Shown in pieces: positions 57,157-64,000 of a stretch of 64,000 bases of DNA (position 1 is the first letter of the stretch; each line of letters opens with the position of its first letter). Source of the stretch: Amoebidium appalachense (taxonomy: Eukaryota > Protista > Ichthyosporea); the NCBI GenBank assembly GCA_963693365.1, contig CAVNZM010000016.1, forward strand, positions 3,251,957-3,315,956. Direction: 5' to 3'. Position numbers and translations under genes: made by a program. Under the pieces are notes generated by a model. It was not told the origin of the DNA. It made no database searches and saw only the letters and a list, made by a program, of their open reading frames with translations.

Positions 57157-57746
57157 ATGAGTCCCACAATTCAGATTCCAGCTGAAAATAAAAAATCTTT
57201 GTTCAGATATGTAAACGAGTCACAAATCTCCAAAAAAACAACACTCACAGTCCCCTCTTTAACCGCACCTGTCATAAATTATTATTCTGGCATATATACA
57301 CCAACTACAAAACGTAGCGATCGCATTCAGTTCAAAGTCTATCCGGTTTCAGCATGGCAGCTGAAGGTGGAGAATTGATGGCACTACGTACCGATTTCAG
57401 AGAGTATTTACCTTCTCTCTCTCCAATTCAACTGAAAAACCCGAAACATTATTGTTTAGCAACAGGAACGCTTAAGTTCCCCAACTGTTTCAATCCTATA
57501 GATCGATGGGGTGCCGGCACATGGTCGGTATATTTCAAAAGTGACACACATGGAGTCTACGGGAAACTGCATGTAGTACCAGCCATACAAAAGGTTGAAG
57601 GGTACGGACCAATTCACCAAAACGAGAAAGTCAACATACGTTTTCATTTCCATTGTGTTCTGGTGAAGAAAGAATACAAGGCACTCCAGGTACTTCCACG
57701 CAATAGGAACACAATTGCTTTCAACTCCAACTTTAACGCATGGTGA
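57157..57746 (+). CDS. Orphan ORF pair (73 aa 57157-57378 and ~122-130 aa ending 57746), or one frameshifted ~195 aa gene; function unknown
   Basis: Only complex, protein-like sequence amid microsatellites, with a TGATG stop/start overlap at 57376-57380. No recognised motif. Confidence 0.45.
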
Positions 57747-58043
57747 TTTCATAAATCCCTAAATCACCGTCGACAACAACACCGCGACAGCAACAGGTAC
57801 AGCCTTCCTACTACATCATACCTACGTACGGTTGTTTACGGTTATTTATCACTGGTATGCCGGTAGTGAAATGTAATTGGTTGTTGTTTAATGACTAGAA
57901 TGGCTGCAAAGAAAATGTCTTTCTGTTGCCGTGGGGAGAGTGTTTATCAACAGCCACTCCCTACCACTCACACGCGCATACCATATCATGTGCACGCAAA
58001 CACACACAAACACACACACACAAACACACACACACACACCTCT

Positions 58044-58112
<69 letters not shown>

Positions 58113-58167
58113 CGCACTGCAGATACACACGCACGCACACACACACACACACACACATGTGTGCACA

Positions 58168-58232
<65 letters not shown>

Positions 58233-58548
58233 CTGCATCCTCTCCCCTTCCCCCCCTTCCCCCTCCCCCCCCCCCCCCCCCCAACCCACACACACACACC
58301 CATAACACCCAACACACACAAATCAACACACCCGCACTGCATAAGTGCCTAACTCCTCTCATATGGTAGCTCCCCCGCCCGCACACACACATGCAACTTC
58401 CCTCTCCCTACCCGATACCTCTTCTACCTCCTCCCCCAACCCGCCTCTCCTTCACCTCCCCCACACACGCACACACACACACGCGCGCTACGCTTCCCCA
58501 CTGCCTCGTATGGAGATTGGGCCACAGATCGAGGCTCCGCCGAGATCA

Positions 58549-59198
58549 GTTTTATAATTAGGGATCATACTAGGAAAAAGAGATATAAGCAGGAGCAGGA
58601 AGGTAAGGGTGAAGGTGAAGGTCTTCGTAAGTATGGTAAGAAATGGTTGCCTCTTTTCATTGGCCCGTATAAAATAGTGGCTAGGTTAGGTCCGACGGAA
58701 TATAAGGTGCAGAGGTTAGATAATGAGAGTGATGTTAGATTTTATAATGTAGATGATATAAAGGAATATTATGATAGGGCCCTTAGGGTAAAACGGCCGG
58801 AGGGCCGTCGAGTGTTAGATGCATTCACCCCCGACTATGACGGGTCGGTGGATGTATCGGAGGCTGCAGTAGATAAAATTATGGATAAAAAGGTTATCGA
58901 AGGTAAGGAAGGTAGGGTAAATTATTATTTAATTCGTTTTGAGGGAGGTTATCAGGAAGATCAGTGGTTGCCTGAGTTTCATTTGGATTGCCCGTTTTCT
59001 ATTCGTGCTTATGAGGCTAGGTTAGTGCAGAGGGAGTTGCCTAGTGCTCCCTCTAGGCCGAAGAGAGTTATTCCTCAATTTAATCCTGGTGTGAAAAAGC
59101 CGGTGAGGGAGGGGGCTGGGGGGGGAAGTGATGCAAATACACGTAGACACACGGGGGGAGGGGGAGGGGGGGGGGGGGGAGACCAAGGAGGAGTGTGA
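58549..59198 (+). pseudogene. pol: Gypsy-2 integrase C-terminus (GPY/F motif) plus chromodomain
   Basis: Nearly identical to the reverse complement of ~14545-15190, with FIGPYKIV and YYLIRFEGGYQEDQWLPE. Confidence 0.95.
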
Positions 59199-59353
59199 AC
59201 GTAGTCGTAGGAATTTAATTCATTATCATAGGTGTCTCCGTAAATATCAAACTTATGGTGTAGATTAATTTATTATTTTCTTCGTAATTTATTTATTTGA
59301 TTTTTGGGAGACAGATTAGTCTATGTCTTTTTAGGGGGTGAGTAGGTGTAATG

Positions 59354-59394
59354 TAATCCGTCTCAGCAGATCATCCTAAGTCAACGATCAAGAT

Positions 59395-59425
<31 letters not shown>

Positions 59426-60118
59426 TCCACAGATCATCAAGATCAAGTCCGAGGCCTCAAGATCAGCTGTACAGCTGCGGGCATCTTGTCTCTGTACGTC
59501 ACACCCTAGGAGCTTGGGAATTGAGGGTAGCACCCTGCAGGCGCAGGGCAGGACCCCGTCAGCCTGGAGCAGCCGACCAATAGAATTAGAAATAGTGTAT
59601 AGGATAGATATTAAGAGGACTTTGGAATGCAATAAGTTCGGGCAGAAGCCCTTGTAAATATTGGCAATTTCAGATCAGATAGTGCTATATGCCAAATGTA
59701 TGTATATATTGAAGTACAGGAAAAGAGTAGAGGGGGGGGAGGGGGGGGAGGGGTAGTATGAAATGTAGACTTAGACTCTGCGGTGCCACTAGGGGAAGGG
59801 AGAGGGGAGAGACGAGGATATGATGATATTAGTGTGAGCCGTTAGACTTAGCTCGTGCAGGCGCACGATAAAGATCATTAGATCGGAATGTAAGGAATGT
59901 GGCATCGTGGGGGGGGCCTGGTGACGATGATCTTTGGGATCACGGCCTTGATGGCCGCAGTTTTGACTTAGCTTGGTTCCATTCGGATCTCAGGTTGCCC
60001 GTCGGAGTCAGGCCTAGTATTAAACTTTGCAGTTTTCTCGTACACGTTCGTTCCTTTCCGTGTGTGTTCACTTAGAAGAGTGCCGCGTCTCTTACTACAC
60101 ACATGTTAGGATACGACA
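59354..60118 (+). repeat. Gypsy-2 3' LTR (PPT and first ~10 bp deleted)
   Basis: Ends ...GGATACGACA; homologous to but diverged from the Gypsy-1 LTRs. Confidence 0.9.
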
Positions 60119-60175
60119 CCCATCCGACTTTCATCCTTTTTCGAATTCATATTCCCATCACATTTCGATGTCGCA

Positions 60176-62945
60176 AATCCCCAAATACTTGTATTCGATT
60201 GGGCGAGGGAGGGGACTGCCGAAAATACAAATGTCGTCCCAGGTTGGGATGGATTTTGATAAAAGGGCACACTTTTTAACGTTAACCTTCATATCATTAC
60301 GCTGGCACCAGTGTTCAACCACACGTATATATTGCCGTAATTCGATAGGATCGGATGACATAAGCACACAATCGTCGGCGAAAAAGAGGGCGGGTGGGGC
60401 CTTGGACGGCGACCCCCCGTCAATTTGTGCCGCAGAAAGCGCGTCAGCCAAATCGTCAATATACAGGTTGAAAAGAAGTGGGCTTAGCAGGGACCCCTGT
60501 AGTACCCCGCGCGTGCGGGTAAATCCCGGGGACAGCCGCCCATTAACCACCGCCCGTCCGCGCGTAAACGTAAACATAGCTTCCAGTAGCCGACCCATTT
60601 GGGATGGGACACCGCGGGTGGCCAACTTGGCCCACAAGGGACCGTGTGGTACGCATTCTTGAAGTCGTACGCATTCTTGAAGGAGGTCGACCGTGTCGTA
60701 CGCATTCTTGAAGTCGATAAAGACGAGGTGCTCGGTATCACCTTGGGTTGTGTTGTGTAGGTTTTATTTGTGGAAATTATTGACATAAATATTTTTCTGG
60801 GTAAACACGTAGGATGGGTGTCCGATATCAACAGGCTTTGTTTCATGTTTTAGCAGTTCGCGTTCGGCTGCCCGCATACGGGCACCTATTAGCCGATCAA
60901 AACATCAGATTCCACAGATCACTAGACCGAGTCTGATTGGCTCAGGATAAGATTTCACATAACACTAGATCGGTTTTGATTGGCTCAGTTCGGTAGCCGT
61001 AGGTATATAAGCACGACAGTTTTTAGCAGATCAACAGGCAACAACACATCTTCTGTGTTTAGCACCTACAGCTTTACAGCTATATTTTCTTTTCACCCAC
61101 CCACCTACACCCTACACTCAACCCCCATTGATCCCCACATACGTGCTGTTTTTTCACGGGGCGAAGACTTCCCCCGTTTTTTGGGCACAAGGACCTCACG
61201 GATCAATAAATTGATGACTGGGGGCCTGCCGTGGTTTACAACCATTGCAGGTTCACTTTCGTCCAAGGGGATGTCCCCCTAGAGGCAACACACGTCCCGG
61301 AGTAGTTTTCATAGAGTATGAGAATTTGAGCGTAACATGAGTGACGATTCCGAAACGCCGCCTGAAGTGGGCTCAGCTGGGAAGCCTTAAGGGTGGGATT
61401 ACGAGAAAAGGCCTGTAGAAGGCCACTTTCGAACAAACGGTGAAAGACGGACGTAAGTGTGATAGGGCAAAATTCGTGAATTATGGGACCCCGTGCAACC
61501 GTTTTCTTGATGTGAAACACCTTGGTGGCCAGCCACTCCGAGGGCACTTTACTGACATCAGAATACCAGCTAAACAATTCGCTAAGAATACACGCAAGGG
61601 TTGGTGGCGGGTCACGCTGTTCGTCATTCTCGGGGCGGGGTGGAATGAGTACCTTAAGTAGTGCCATAGGGATGCCGTCCGGCCCACACGCTTTGCAGGA
61701 CGGGTAGCGGGAGACTAACTGCCATACCGCATGTGCAGGTAAAGTGTGCCCCAGTTCAGCCCCAAACTCAGCCGGCCCCGCTGGCCACGCCGTGTGTGGG
61801 GGTGGTGGTGTGTCGGTGGGTGGAACAAAAACAGGTCCTGGAGGGGGCGCCTGCCCCAGATTCGTGGCCGTACAGGTTGGGTTACGTTTAAACAGGGTGC
61901 TGTAAAACGAATCAGTTGCAGTTTCCGGGTCGGATGACGGGTCGGCCGTTATTCGAATCGAATGATCGCCGCGATCAATCTTCCGAATATTACCCAATAG
62001 CATGTGATACGGTAGAGGCTTACGTAAGGCAGCCTCCGCTGTCTGTGTAGTTCGTGCTTGTGGGTAAACTTGGGCACCTAAACAGGCATGAATATTCACC
62101 GACGTCCCACACGATTTCTCGTACTGTAGACCAGACACTATCGATGAAGGTCTGGTCGGTTCGTAGCGGGGCTTGGCGTCCATCACGCACAAGCGACAAT
62201 AGACTCGATTGCACCGTCTGGAAAAAGAAGCGAGTGTCTGCTTCAAGTTGGCCACGCTCGCTTTTAAGTTCGCGTACGTTAAGTCTGTAAGTGTGTTGTG
62301 GTGACGGCGTAGAAAGGCTAAGTGTAGTGCGAAAGACTATAGGTAGGTGGTCTGACGGTGGTGGGTGTACGTTGTGGTGTACGTGTAAGGTGCAAGGACC
62401 AGGCTCCCAGTCCGTGCGGTGTTCTTGTACTACAGATGGAAGAGTAAGGCGTAAGGCTGTAACAAAAGTGTGAAAAGTTGGTGTGCGTGGGTGGTTGGGT
62501 TTAGGTAGGGCCTGTGGGTGGCCGTGTATTGGGTGTGGTGTGGTAACTAATGGGCTATTAAAGTCTCCTAACACTAGTATGGGGTTATGTTGTGCGATGG
62601 TGTTAAGTTCGTGTTAAGTGCTAGCAGTGGAAGGCTAGGTGGAAAATAAACAAAAGTGCATATATGGCCACAAACGGAAATGGTGAGTGTGTGTATTGTA
62701 CGTGCTATAACTGAACAGTGGTTAACAAAGTGGGAGGCGATGAACACTATGCCGGAGTGAGGCTTGTGGCCCACAGGCTGAGTAGACTCGCCCACAAGCC
62801 GTCCAGACCGACGAAGCGTGGCGTGGTCTCGCCACCACGTTTCTGCGACAACAATAAACGGGAATTCCTGTTGGGATAACGAAAGAAGAAACTGTGCTTT
62901 ACCCTTATTTAGACTACGAGCATTCCAGAAGAGAAAGGAGAGCAT
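60176..62945 (-). pseudogene. LINE ORF2 5' half: APE endonuclease plus reverse transcriptase, frameshifted and interrupted
   Basis: FWNARSL, VAETW, VYFPPS, LGDFN and SDHLPI (APE). KACGPDGIP, PITLTS, QAAFR, LVFIDFKNAYDTV, GVLQGSLLSPLLFNLYIDDL, FADD and YKYLGI (RT). Confidence 0.93.
60749..61292. mobile_element. ~540 bp insertion in LINE RT with TGTGTTG...CAACACA ends (solo-LTR-like)
   Basis: Separates RT motifs QAAFR..HSC and LVFIDF; 7-bp terminal inverted repeat; no TSD found. Confidence 0.5.
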
Positions 62946-62947
62946 GC

Positions 62948-63640
62948 TTACTGGGAGTTGGCTGGTGCGGCGGTGGGGTCGTAGGGCTTGCTGAAGGCCT
63001 GCACGTGCTGAGTCTCCCAGTAGGCACGTGCCCCAGCTGCTGTTTTGACCCGGCTGTCGTGTGCCGGGTAAAGTGTGGCTGCCTTGGCAGCCCAGGCGTG
63101 GGCGTTGGCCATTCTTGCAAGCACCCGGCGTTGCCAAGAGGCCCGGGCAGCGGCCTCTGCGTCAGCACGGTTAACTGTGGTGTTGTAGGGAGCCGTAGGA
63201 TCGAAGTCTGCGAGAAAGGTGGCATCGATAGCACGTTGGATGGTGCTTACTACGAGGGTATCACGGTAGCAGGCACGCACAATGAACACTGTGTAGCGAC
63301 GGCCAATGAAGAGCACATTGTCGGGAATCATTCGGTTGAAGACACCGAGGGTGTAGAGACGGTCACGAATGGTGCTGATGTTGGCCGGCACCATTGTGAA
63401 GGCGGCAGTGGTCAGCTCGGACTCGTCAGTACCCTCAGGTGCAGGGTCAGATGCCACCCGAGGGGGCGGGTTGGGTGCAGGGCCGATGCTATGGCATGGG
63501 CTGCCATAGCCTGGGTAGCCCCGTGGGTCTGGGCCACCGACTCTGCATACGTTTTGGCTTTCTCGGACACGTACACGGTCTTCAAGTTGGCGTCCACGGT
63601 GGTGCGGTACACCTTCCCCTCCCCCCTCCCCCCCTTCCAC
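62948..63640 (-). pseudogene. LINE ORF1 remnant
   Basis: Protein-like ORF (IRDRLYTLGV...FIGRRYTVFIV...FDPT) ending TAA 2 nt before the ORF2 ATG. 5' part frameshifted and start uncertain. Confidence 0.7.
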
Positions 63641-64000
63641 CTAGCTCAAGGCTTCGGGCCTAAGCCTCCTTCCATTACTACCCCCTCACTTGTATTTTCA
63701 TGACCATACAAGAAACACTCGAAAGGCTTACATAGCATGGTATTATGGACACTGCTCATATAAAATATAAACCCCCGCCCCCCCTCTCCCGTACCATTAC
63801 TTTACACAGATATTATTCAGTTTGGTTCTCGCCCCCCATCCCCCCGGGGGCATTTTTTCTTCGGACGTGGTGCAACCCAGATGGCTTATACATTACACAT
63901 TACTATCAGTAGTCACCTCACGTAACTAGCCCATGTAGTGTAGCAGTTGCTAATGTTACACCCTCCCCTGCAGCGATGCAAAACCCGAAATCCGGTGTGA

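Overview
Eukaryotic, intron- and microsatellite-rich DNA. The host is probably a unicellular opisthokont or holozoan; this is inferred from human-type PMM intron positions and animal-type tRNAiMet primer sites. The first ~6.3 kb holds two head-to-head host genes: phosphomannomutase (minus strand, 5 exons visible, runs off the window) and an intronless SDR oxidoreductase. Nearly everything from ~7.2 kb to the end is one nested transposon stack that can be rebuilt from target-site duplications (TSDs). A LINE is split by 51.8 kb (halves at 60176-63640 and 7366-8391, TSD AATC). Inside it is a TRIM-like LTR element, and inside that a chromodomain Gypsy (TSD CCCAT). Within the Gypsy lie Copia fragments, a candidate ~29 kb Plavaka-type DNA transposon, and an intron-containing Helitron. 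The Plavaka candidate has 25-bp terminal inverted repeats (TIRs), TGGATATCCA-rich subterminal fields and a spliced transposase, and itself hosts Copia>Gypsy, a solo LTR and a young Copia. The Helitron RepHel gene is cut by another Copia and is followed by an OTU-like domain, a structured hairpin array and an orphan ORF pair. Most long ORFs in the supplied track are translations of (CA)n, (GA)n or poly-C tracts. All calls come from reading motifs by eye; no database searches were run.
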